From Octopus bimaculoides (taxonomy: Eukaryota), in the NCBI RefSeq assembly GCF_001194135.2, contig NC_068982.1, positions 18,712,023-18,764,010 on the forward strand: DNA of 51,988 nucleotides. The letters are read 5' to 3'. The position numbers and the translations under genes are program-made. The notes under the pieces were generated by a model. That model made no database searches. It had not been told where the DNA came from and saw only the letters and a list, made by a program, of their open reading frames with translations. This document shows, piece by piece, positions 41,001 to 51,988 of this stretch; positions within the stretch are counted from its first letter, which is position 1, and the number at the start of each line of letters is the position of its first letter.

Positions 41001-41300
41001 CTAAAGGCGATCCGAGTGACATAGAGCGTCTTTACAATCTATAGTTGCGCATATATTACGATGCTGTGTGTCAAAAGCGGTGGGACTAAATCCGTTGGTT
41101 TGCAAAAATTTTACAATACCCCGTACATGTTTACTGCATTCCCATGTACGTTCTAGATGTCACTCTAAACGCCCATAAAAAGAAATTGCTCTGATGCATT
41201 TCCTGTTTGTCTTGAGAATAAAGAAATCTAACCGCACACGTATGAAGTCTAAATTCATCTCCCTTTCCTTTCACAAACTCAAACTTCAACTAATATTCAC

Positions 41301-41475
41301 ACATAAAATCATATAACTCCAAGTCATTGATTTGGATGCCAGTCAGTACAGATCGACTGAAAGTGCTCGTAAACCGACTAGTTAGCCACAAACAGGGAGA
41401 GCATTTGCATCTCGGAAATCTTGATTTCTTAATTACAATTTCTTTAGTATAGTGATGAAAGATTCCATTGTTCAT
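41301..41475 (-). CDS. Candidate upstream exon (MNNGIFHHYTKEIVIKK...LELYDFM); frame stays open to about 41610
   Basis: About 107 stop-free codons in AT-rich DNA; donor T|gtgaat (phase 1); 5' boundary uncertain. Confidence 0.35.
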
Positions 41476-41817
41476 TGCTCCTTTGACTGTTCTTGCGATT
41501 GTATCATTCAGATGAGGAGTAGAACTCCCAACGATACCATGTTTTACAGCAAAAATAATATTTTTGTTCCAATCTCTTACAACTAATTGTTTCTGACACT
41601 TGCTTTCAAGTTACGTTCCTGTTAAAACGTTCTGTAAGTAGTAGAATAAACAATCTTGTTAACACAATACGTAAACCAGTACTGCGTCCTAATTGTCTGA
41701 TTATACTTATATTTTTTAAACGCTTTGCGTATTCCTAATTCTACTACTAATTTTCTTAGGATACTAGGACTTCGACTGTGATAGCTAATGGTATCATTGG
41801 AGCAAAATAAACTATAT

Positions 41818-42176
41818 AGGCGTGGGAGTGGCTGTGAGGTAAGTAGCTTGCTTACCAACCACATGACTCCTGGTTCAGTCCCACTGCGTGGAACTTTGGG
41901 CGAGTGTCATCTACTATAGCCTCGAGCCGACCAAAGCTTTGTTACTGGATTTGGCAGACGGAAACGGAAAGAAGCCCGTCGTATATATGTATATATGTAT
42001 ATATATGTGTTGTGTCCTCTTAACATTGCTAGTGTGTCTACGTCCCGGTAACGTAGCAGTTCGAAAAAGAACTGATAGAATAAATACTAGATTTACAAAG
42101 AATAAGTCCTGGGATCGATTTGCTCGACTAAAGGCGGTGCTCCAGTAATGCCAGGTAAATCACTGAAATAAATAAA
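41818..42176 (+). mobile_element. SINE family A copy; tail interrupted by a family B SINE and resuming at about 42435-42460
   Basis: aggcgtgggagtggctgtgaggtaagtagcttgc...ggttcagtcccactgcg...ggcagacggaaacggaaagaagcccgtcg...gctcgactaaaggcggtgctccag. Confidence 0.9.
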
Positions 42177-42434
42177 ACAGTTTTTTTGGCGCCCTTTTTA
42201 AAACCTAGCCAGGCTTATGGGCCCGGTTTTCCGGTTTCAATGGCGTATGTGTACCCCAGCTGGACTGGACGCCAGTCCATCGCAGAGTTACTCATTTCTG
42301 CCTGCTGAGTGGACTGGAGGAACGTGAAATGAAGTGTTTTGCTCAAGAACACAACACGTCACCCGGTCCAGGAATTGAAACCACAATCTTACGATCATGA
42401 TGCTGACAACCTAACCACTAAGCCACGCGCCTCG
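42177..42434 (-). mobile_element. tRNA-derived SINE family B nested in the family A tail
   Basis: Reverse complement: gaggcgcgtggcttagtggttagg (A-box) ... ggtttcaattcc (B-box), core gtgttcttgagcaaaacactt...gcgatggactggcgtccagtccag. Confidence 0.8.
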
Positions 42435-42622
42435 ACAAATAAAAGAGTAAAAGAGTATAAAAAGTATGTATCATTCTCGCTTCAGAGAATATTTAACATT
42501 TTCTAACAGATTTATGGTGCATATCTTATAGGAGTTGCTGTTGTACTCTTACTCCTCACTAATTATGAAACCTTGGAAATACATCTGCCAATTTATACCC
42601 TTTAGATTTATACTGCACTTAC

Positions 42623-42651
42623 GTAGCTCGCAAAAGATTTCACTGTATCCG
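42623..42651 (-). CDS. Candidate short exon (29 nt; DTVKSFASY or GYSEIFCEL depending on frame)
   Basis: CTAAC branch-point match, pyrimidine tract and ACAG (cactaaccttttgtttacag); donor gtaagt. Confidence 0.4.
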
Positions 42652-44529
42652 CTGTAAACAAAAGGTTAGTGCTGATTTTGTTCATTAAACTTAGAGAAAA
42701 TTGAACCTGAAATGTTTTTGTTGATAGCGATATATTTGTCGTTTCTTTTCTTTTTCTGTTCGTCAACTCCAACTCAAGCAGGATATCTATCATATGAGTC
42801 GTTATACTCAAGAGTTGCCCCCGCTTATTTTCAATACATACTTCAAGCCGAAGTCCATTAACCAACGATCATTTAATTTTTAAGCTACTAGGGTATGATT
42901 AAATTGGGATCTGTTCGCTAATTCTAAGCGAAAAGAATCCCGGCAACAATTATAACGATAGTGTGCCGATTTCTCCACGAAAGCACGATACTTTAAATCT
43001 TGTATTTGTGATATATTAATAATTAGAATACTTAGAGCTGTGTGGTAATTACCGCTCAAGAATACTATTATTATGTGAGGAATGATAAACGTAAATTAAA
43101 TATGCTATTAAATGTAGAAGAAAGAAAATGGAAGATCAGACGAGTAATATGAATGGTAGTAAACATTTTATTAATTATAGGGTTGCTTCTGTCACAGAAA
43201 GTTAAGTATTTCTGTGTGAATAAAAGAACATAAAAGAGAACAAAAGCTAATAGCGGACATAACTGGAAGGGCATGTTGATGAAATCATTACATCAATCAA
43301 GTTACCATAGTTTTCGAAGAAAATATATGAAAAGAATTATTGATAATGAATTACTAATTTAATATAACTTTTGAGAAACATGTTTGCATAAATCATTGCA
43401 GGGAAAAAGGAACACATAAATAGGTTAAAGTGTGAGAAATTGAACTAAAGCGGGGACCTGCTGGAATAATATCGACGAAATATGTTAGAGGAAAAGTTAG
43501 AGGACAATCAAACATATTTCTATTTAGATTTGTTCCTCTTGAAGAATATATTAAAAAATGAAATGTCAGAGAATATATATGGCGTTCTATGAATAAAACA
43601 ATTAACATTACAAAGAAAGATGTAAATGAACAAAGCCATTTCGTAAAAGAAACAGATACAAATAATGTAACTCAACTGAGGCTCTCAATTCGATTGAAAG
43701 AAGAGATACGAGAATGAAAACTTCGCGGAAAACGTAGAGCTTAAAGCATTATTTAATATTCCCTCATAATGGAGATTACAGATTCCCCAACAACATAAAA
43801 TAAATATCATTTCATACAGAAAAGAAGGACCAAACTTAAAAAGAAAAAAATTGATTACATATTTTTCCTTTTTAAATTGTTTACATATCTGTTCATCTGT
43901 TTTACATGACTTTATTCATTAGAACTTATTAAAAGTTCAACACTTCTTGCAGCTTTCGTCATCGTTGACTTTGTGATAGACATGTATCACGGAGAAAATG
44001 CCAGCTTTGAAACCCTCTTTTCTGGGTGGATTTATGTAAAATTTTTCTAAAATTTTTCATTTTTCTTTTCATCTCTCAATAAGGAATATTATACTTCGTA
44101 ACTGCATTATAAGAAATGCTTATTTCTCTATTTTGATCCACTACATGTTTTGACGCAACATCGTCCATTGATGCTTCGTTATAAAACTCATTTAATGAAC
44201 AAAATTTGCTGGTTACAAATAATTATTACATCACTGATGTTCACAATAATTTTTTATGAGATTTACTGATAAGAAAGCCATGATATCATTCGATATCACG
44301 CCTACACACATTTGTGTCTATGGATGTTTTGTTGTCCCTTCTTCTGTAGCATCTAGCTGTCGGGATGTTTTGTGTTCTTGTCCCATTTTTTTTAGCATTC
44401 CTATATATATATATGGTTAATGCTTTAGCGGTAAGTTACCAGGTATATACAACACGTTTCATGTAATAATATGTACGTGTATTTGTATATATGTGTGTAT
44501 ATATCTGTATGTGTCTGTCTGTCTATGTC

Positions 44530-44567
<38 letters not shown>

Positions 44568-44777
44568 TCTGTGTGTGTGTGTCTGTGTGTGTGTCTCGGT
44601 GTGTATGTGTCTGTATCTATGTGTGCGCGTGCAAGTATATATATTAATGGATTTAGCAACACCTCTGAACTGACACTATATGAATCATATTGAAACATAT
44701 GCAATCAAGGTTCCGTGCACCAGCACCAAAGTAGTATCCAATTGTTATTTACTGACTATTAATGCGACAAATGCATA

Positions 44778-44914
44778 CTCTTTGTAAGCCTATTACTTAT
44801 TTTATCCGTCTTTTTGCCGAAGCGCTAAGTTACGGGGACGTAAACGCACCAGTATCTGTTGTCAAGCGATGTTGCGGGGACAAACAAAGACACACCAACA
44901 TATGCACATACACG

Positions 44915-44970
<56 letters not shown>

Positions 44971-45114
44971 ACGTCTACTAAATCCACTCACAAGGCTTTG
45001 GTCGGCCCGAGGCTATAGTAGAACACACTTGCCCAAGGTACCACGCAGTGAGACTGAACCCGGAACCATGTGGTTAGTAAGCAAGCTACTTACCACACAG
45101 TCACTCCTACGCCT
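44778..45114 (-). mobile_element. SINE family A copy with internal deletion
   Basis: ttttgccgaagcgctaagttacggggacgtaaac...cacaaggctttggtcggcccgaggctatag...accacacagtcactcctacgcct. Confidence 0.85.
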
Positions 45115-45251
45115 ATATTCGGCGTTTACTTAATTCTATTTAATTATTTAATTTTTTGAAATATCTTTTCTAATACACATAGAAGATTGCCAACATCATG
45201 CCGTACAAATACACAACTTTGTATTAACGTAATTAGGCAAAATTTTAGATT

Positions 45252-45287
45252 ATATTCTTGCAAATATTCTTGCAAATATTCTTGCAA
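45252..45287. repeat. 12-bp tandem repeat x3 (atattcttgcaa)
   Basis: Direct reading. Confidence 0.95.
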
Positions 45288-46024
45288 CGAAGTATGTTGA
45301 ATAAGAGTATTATCTCATCTTTACACCTGTTTCTGGATGCATTTGGCTTTCTTGAAGGAAAACAATTTTCATTGGATACATGGAAATGATCATGCTAGTT
45401 TCTTCCAAAATGAAATAATCAATACCACGTGCACAATACATATCGATATATATTTCAAAAAGTAAATTTCTTGTATATATATTGGTTCATTGTTATGTGG
45501 ATAAATGGAATGCACACTAGAAATTGAGTAAATAGAGGTATTCATTTGGCGTAAGTTTATTCAGTAATCAATGAGGTAATATTTTGTGGAACGCAAATTC
45601 TATCTCTTCCAGATATCTAGTCTAATCCTTGCCCTTAGATATAAAGAATATAGAGAGGTAGAGAGAATTTGTATGAAGAGAATAAATATAGTTTGCGGGA
45701 ATTATTTTTGCTTACGAGAAGTAAACGTGTACACTGACGATCGTTCTTATAAAATAAATAAATAATAGCCAATGAATAGATTGGTCGGGATATAAAAACG
45801 AAACACGATGATATAATATTATCATAACGTTCTGGGGGATTACCAATATTTAAATACTAGTCAGCTGTCAGTTAACGGAAAGTGAAATTGGTAAATTAAA
45901 TTTTCGATTTATAAAGCTGTAAATAATATACAATGATATTTTCCTTACATGATTGCAAAGAAGAAGTCTGTAAATTTTACAAGAGATAGAGAGTATTAAG
46001 AAGTTCCTGAGTAAGTATAACTAG

Positions 46025-46159
46025 ACATTATTTACCTTATTTACCATTGACGGATATTTGTCCTCATCTTGTTTGTTGTTAACACAACGTTTCGGCTTCA
46101 TCAGGTATCTTGGGGAAATTTCGAACCTGGATTCTCATTCCTAAGGTATTTTTCGATGC

Positions 46160-46251
<92 letters not shown>

Positions 46252-46466
46252 TTCAACCCCAATATTCCGAGTTCGATTCCAGGCAGTGACCTGAATAATA
46301 ATAATAATAATAATAACATCGAAAATGCCTTAGGAATGAGAACCAAGGTTCGAAATTTCCCCAAGACACCTAATGAAGGCTGGAAGGTATATCAGTCGAA
46401 ACGTTGTGTTAACAACAAACGAGATGAAGATAAATATCCGTCAATTGTAAATAATATAAATAATGT
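46025..46466. mobile_element. Fold-back pair of a non-autonomous, hammerhead-motif-bearing (Penelope-terminus-like) repeat
   Basis: Left arm about 46025-46187 is the reverse complement of right arm about 46296-46466 apart from scattered substitutions and one short deletion; spacer is (CTA)n plus gttcgattcc. Confidence 0.8.
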
Positions 46467-48644
46467 ACGTAATTCCTCATCTCTTAAATATTAACTAGGC
46501 ATAATTTGTTACATAGCAGCGTGCTTACGAATGTCACATAATATAGGGAACGACTACGTATTTTTTCCTGACTTTCTCGAATTAACAGTAACATCCGTAG
46601 AGATTTATTTTTTACTGTTTTACAAAAGGAACGGAACGCTTGAAAGTGTAGGTATAATATTTGAATTGAGACAGAATAACTCTGATTGAACATCTTTGAG
46701 AATAAATGTATTTTATAAACGATGAATTCGCGATATATACAAACAAGATGTCTAAATAGGAACGCAGTGTACATAAACAATTTAAAATCAGGATATAAAT
46801 GGATATAAACCAATAAAAATAGAAAACAAGAGTTTGAATAGAATTTGTGTTATTAGGTTTAGAATATTAAGTTAGTGAATCTATTACTAAACGTCTATCT
46901 GCAATACATCTTTGATAAATAAACTAATTGAATGACAACTTTTAATAAATGAGAATAATCAAAAACATGAATGAACTTACATCATTGAAATTCATTTGCC
47001 GATTTACGCTGCACTTCTAATATCTTACTTGAAATTAGAATTATCTGAAGAAACATCTATAGAATTTTTAATTCTTGCGTCATAAATTGTGGAATCTTTG
47101 CGCCATTCCCATTAATTGTAAGGAAGATAACATTTTTGCTTTATGACAAATAAAGTTCAACAAACAAGTCGATATAAATCAATAATATAGCCTGACGTTC
47201 CACTGGTTGTTAGAAAATTATCCTGCGTTCTATTTATGAATGAATTAGTTATTATTGCAACCGTTGTCGTACTCTTAATTTATTTTCGTAGTTTTGAAAG
47301 ACTAGCCGAACTGAGTTATGTACACCCTCGGTAGGTACAGTGATATTGTTGGCCCAACTGTAATGAAAGCACTCAAAGAAATGAGCATACACTGACAAGC
47401 AGTGTTATCTATTGCATATTGCATACGTGTGGATTGTTCTATGGATTTGTCTGCATCGATTTGTATCATCTTATCAAATATTATCATTATAGTATTTTCT
47501 CTTTTCCATTTCTATATTCTGGCTTTGTATATTTTGGCTCTATATAATTCGATAATTTCACCATTTATTTCAATCAACCTACTGATAAATAGAACGTATA
47601 CTTAGGTCAGAAGTTCCATCTTACCTTGATATTCTTACGTTTGTTATATCTCATTGCGGTATGTTTAATTTACCAATCCCCGAGAGCTTTTATGGAGAGC
47701 GTTTATAGCAACCCATATCGGTTGCTATTTTGTGATATGTTATATATTGAACTATACAAAAGAATGTTATCTTTCCCAGCCTAATATGTGATTGTTTTTT
47801 CTTCGTGACGATTAGGCAGCAAGGAACGATGCCTATATATCATATATTTTGATTAATATTTTCTTTACAACCTCATATTATACACTTCGTGTATTTTACA
47901 TCGTTAATGCACTTGGTAGTTTCTGCTGGGAATGTATTTATCCAGCATCGAAATTGTTACGTCTCAAGCTACTGCTATCTAGCACATTCGGATAATCTCT
48001 ACACAACCGCTACTTGACTGCTCCTCGTCAGCTACTCAACCGTCACTCAACCACAGCTAGACTACCTCTATTTATATGTCTTGGGCAATCCTACGTCTTC
48101 ACTTGGGGGCGTCGACACAACAAAAATTAAAGCTCTGATTCATACCTATCTTAACCCATGCCAAATTGTTTCGTCATCTGTTTACCCTGTCGTGTTCTCC
48201 AAGTACTGACCAACTACAAACTTCCCTGGAACTATTTTAGCATGCTATTTTCAAGGATAATCTCACTTTTATACAAATATCTTTTTTCGTATTTCAACAT
48301 CTGTTCTTTCCTGTTTCATTTATTTCTTCTGGGGCAGAACTCTGAATGTAGACGTGTATTGTAGCAATTTGTATTAGCTTCAATTGTTCGTTATTAATAG
48401 TTATTTAATAGATAGTATGTAATAGTTTTAAGATTTCATAAGATATCTACATCGTTGCATCAGTGGTAATGTTAATCGCTGTATTCTATTTTAAGTAGAA
48501 CATAGTAAGTAGTTATTATTATTTACTAGTTCCGTCTTATCAATTTGTTTCCATTTGCAAATAACAAAAACATTATTTTGAGAGAACAACAATACTAATG
48601 CTTATATATGATTTCGTGTTTATTTCTGTCCGAAGTACTGATCT

Positions 48645-48957
48645 AATGTTGTTGTTTGTTCCTTTTCGAGCCATGCCTGGCCAATAAGGGCCGGTTTTGC
48701 CGTTTAATTGACGTATAGGTTCTCCTCCTGGACAGGACGCTGATCAGGCAAAGGTGAGCTGCTAGATGCAGGAGGAAAGAGTGAGAGAAAGTTGTGGTGA
48801 AAGACTCAGCAGAAGTTCACCATTACCTTCTGCCGGAACCACATGGAAATTAGGTGTTTCGCTCATAAACACATACATCACCAGGTCAGATGTTCGAACC
48901 CGCTATCCCTCCACAGCGAGTCCACTGCTCTAACCACTAGGCTATGTGCTTCCACAC
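48645..48957 (-). mobile_element. tRNA-derived SINE family D
   Basis: Reverse complement: gtggaagcacatagcctagtggttagagcag (A-box) ... gggttcgaac (B-box); 3' tail ...aaaaccggcccttattggccaggcatggctcgaaaaggaacaaacaa. Confidence 0.8.
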
Positions 48958-50936
48958 TGATCTAATGTCTGTATTTTATTCGTTTCTAAACTTTGCTTCT
49001 ATGTGCACATGCATTAATTTTATATATCAAGTACGTGATTTGTATAAGTATCTTATCTCTTTTGCTTTATATAACGCGCACTCGATACTCTAAACTTTGC
49101 CTATTCAAACTTATATTGGCTTATGTTTCTAAGAAGATTTTTTATGAAGACCTGTGCGAAAATCATGCACAACATGTTTCGCTTCTTTTTTATCATTTTA
49201 ATCGTACAGCATAAATGTGATCGTATGCATTACATAGTTTATTGCTCTTCCACAGCATTTTTATATGAGATTATCACGTTCGTTATAAGTGTTACAGTTG
49301 ATAGAATCTTAAAGGTGTGTCAGTATTTCATTAAAATAATGGAATTGTAATAAAACTGATATTTTAAATTCTTTCTCTCTCTCTCTCTCTCCCTATATCT
49401 CTTCTTTTCCATTTATTCATGACTTGATAAACGCTATATCGTTTTTATGTTTAATGTGATATTTGTGGCCAATGTTTCTATGATCAACGTATGGTGAGCG
49501 GTGTGGAGAAATATTTCCTGGTAATGAATCCCTTATATGTTTACAGTTTCTCCTTTTCAATTGCTGTCCCCAATTAGGGTTATCTGGATCACCAACTCAT
49601 GTGATCTTTATCATGGCGTGAGATTTTTCTTCTATTAATGTGTTGTTTTGCATATAATTGTAATCGTAGCAACCCTGCCTTAGTTAGTACGTTGTACGTT
49701 GCACTTTGGCAATATGTTTTTATAATATACACAGCGTTTCGTGATTTTAGTTTTGGAAATTTCAGACAGACAACTGGGTGCTGTTTCTGACACTTACAAA
49801 ACAATAACTTTTCTTTATTTCAGTATGCTTTGACTATATAATTTTGATATAACCACTTCTTTCTGTGAAACTTTTGTTCGTTCTGTTATTTGTATTATTT
49901 TTATTCTACATTGAATGAGATATAAATTTTCCACTTTTCGGTAGTTAGAAGAGCAGTACCCTAGATATACTTCAGGATTTAGAGAAATAGGCATCCGAAT
50001 TAGACTCCGGAAACGGTATCCCAGATGTCACGTACTGAAATTAAACAGGGTAATATAGTATATCTATCACCAGACCTGGAACAAAAGCCAGAAAGCAATT
50101 AAAGTTGATGTTCATACATTCTCAACAAGGCACTGTTCTGTAGTGGCATATTATGAAATTGTACCTCAGCGAGATTTGAGCTCCCAGCGCAGCGTCGGAA
50201 AATATGACACGAAGTATTCTCTCTGCGGTTTTAACCACTTTTTAGTTTTCTTATTTACATGGAAAGTTGTTGTTCGACACAGAACCTATTTGTTCGGCAC
50301 AGAACCTATTTGTGACATTACTCGGACTCCCAAGGTTCATCTACTTTTCTCGCTACGTTGATTCCCATATTATTTCTAATCTCTTACTATTAATTTGTAT
50401 GATGATACACTGGAACTGTTTGTTTTGCTGAAAGAAACTTTACAATTGTTATTTAGTTAGATTCCCTTGTTTCTTGATTGTTTTTCGAGTTGTTGCCTTA
50501 TTATTGTTGTATTTATTACCGTTCCTTATTTCATTTGTGTTTTAATTTATTGATTTCATTGAGGATTGCGAAATAGTTTGAAGATGCTTGAATGCATTTT
50601 TATAATCTTGTACGAGTATATTTGAACGAGTAAGAATTTTTCTTTCAAATGAGTGCTGCTGTTGCACATGATCTAATGTTGATTATATTGAGGTTTCGGT
50701 TTATTTTCATTAAGTCAACTACAGTAAATATTCATTTTTTTTATTGTTGTGCTGATTTTAACAGAAACATTATATTTAGCAGTGGATCCGGTTGACCCTG
50801 AGAAAATCATTCTATTGATTAAAGTTTGTTGTAGTTAATTTTAACTTTATAATCATATTCAGAATACCAATTTTAGAATTGTGTATTCTCATATCTCTCT
50901 CACATTTATTTCTTTTTCCCGCTTTTATAATGTTTC

Positions 50937-50986
50937 TCTTATTTGCATATTATCTTATTTGCATATTATCTTATTTGCATATTATC
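50937..50986. repeat. 16-bp tandem repeat x3 (tcttatttgcatatta), each unit containing ATTTGCAT
   Basis: Direct reading. Confidence 0.95.
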
Positions 50987-51948
50987 GCTCACTGCTTTAT
51001 AGGTGCTTCAGATCGTGGTGTGCTTTTGGTTTATTATTTAGCTTTTACATATATCTTGTTTTTCACATCAACGTTAACACTTATATTATTCACGTTGTAT
51101 GCACATTGTTTTTCGCTAAGTCCTCCTATTTTTGTGCGAAATATTTTATTCTGCGTGTTCTGCATCTATGTCTGAAAGCATAATCTTCCATTTTTTTGTT
51201 TAGATAATATCTTATAATCTGTTACGGTCAAAAAATATTTTTAAATATAGATTATTTATTCCAAGTATAAAATGTGTAGTTTGATAAAGTTTTCGTATTT
51301 AGTTAGTGTATAAATATATAATGTGCGTGTAGTTTATAATCATGTTAATCTCGTATCCATTTATAATTCCTAGGTTCTGTTTACGTCGTTCAAGATAAGA
51401 TCGTTATTATTGTTCACCAGTTTGGTTCCAGAGATTTATGGTTTCGAATATTTTAAAACATTCGTTTCGAATGTTTTAATTCAAAATCTATTACAGAATG
51501 TAAAATACATTCGTTTAATATAACAGTATTTAAATAACAACAGCTAACAGTTTCATGCCATGGGTACCCGATAATTTGGCTGATTTATATAACGTGCCTT
51601 GTGCCGCCAAGCCATATTTCAGGCAATATAAATCTCTGCAGAATTATCTAGTCTCCTCTATGAAACAATTGATAGCTTTTACCAATACTGCATGCATTAA
51701 ATGATATTCATCTCTAACTGGATGGAATACTCCTTTGTTGATTTTTACTTATAGCGGAATAATAAGTTAAAGTAGAATGCATATATATGTTCCCAGCGTG
51801 GACAGGCATGACTTGGTGGGGAGCATTGTTTTATTGTTCTGTTGCCGTTGGTGAACCGTCAGTTGCTGTTCATATCGGTCATGTAGTAGTACATTTTTCT
51901 TAAGAAAGAATGGAATTTATGAATTTTTGAAGGGCACAATATGTCCAT

Positions 51949-51988
<40 letters not shown>

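Noticed and set aside
41818-41900. tRNA-like A/B boxes here and at about 42370-42434 and 48880-48957
   Set aside because: They continue into SINE bodies and do not form complete cloverleaves, so they are not tRNA genes.
47704-47726. Small palindrome tagcaacc-catatc-ggttgcta
   Set aside because: An 8-bp stem is expected by chance in 52 kb.

Overview
AT-rich, microsatellite-dense animal genomic DNA with many N gaps. The SINE families and repeat landscape look like an octopus (coleoid cephalopod) genome; this is recognition from memory, not a database result. Nearly all ORFs in the supplied track are microsatellite, gap or repeat artefacts. Reading splice signals by hand gives a minus-strand, intron-rich protein-coding gene. 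Nine exons (23860-24027, 22463-22502, 18565-18638, 15822-15850, 15496-15559, 15053-15060, 14678-14880, 12242-12319, 10514-10635) join with compatible phases into a stop-free 786-nt / 262-aa segment that I cannot assign to a family. The chain includes a candidate 8-nt microexon, and weaker candidate exons lie up- and downstream. The introns and flanks hold several tRNA-derived SINE families, two R4/Dong-like RLE LINE 3' remnants, a Penelope-like GIY-YIG fragment, a deleted mariner and a mariner-type MITE. Two non-autonomous repeat families carry minimal hammerhead-ribozyme-like motifs, one of them as a fold-back pair. There is also a 61-nt near-perfect hairpin. No rRNA, bona fide tRNA or CRISPR array was seen.
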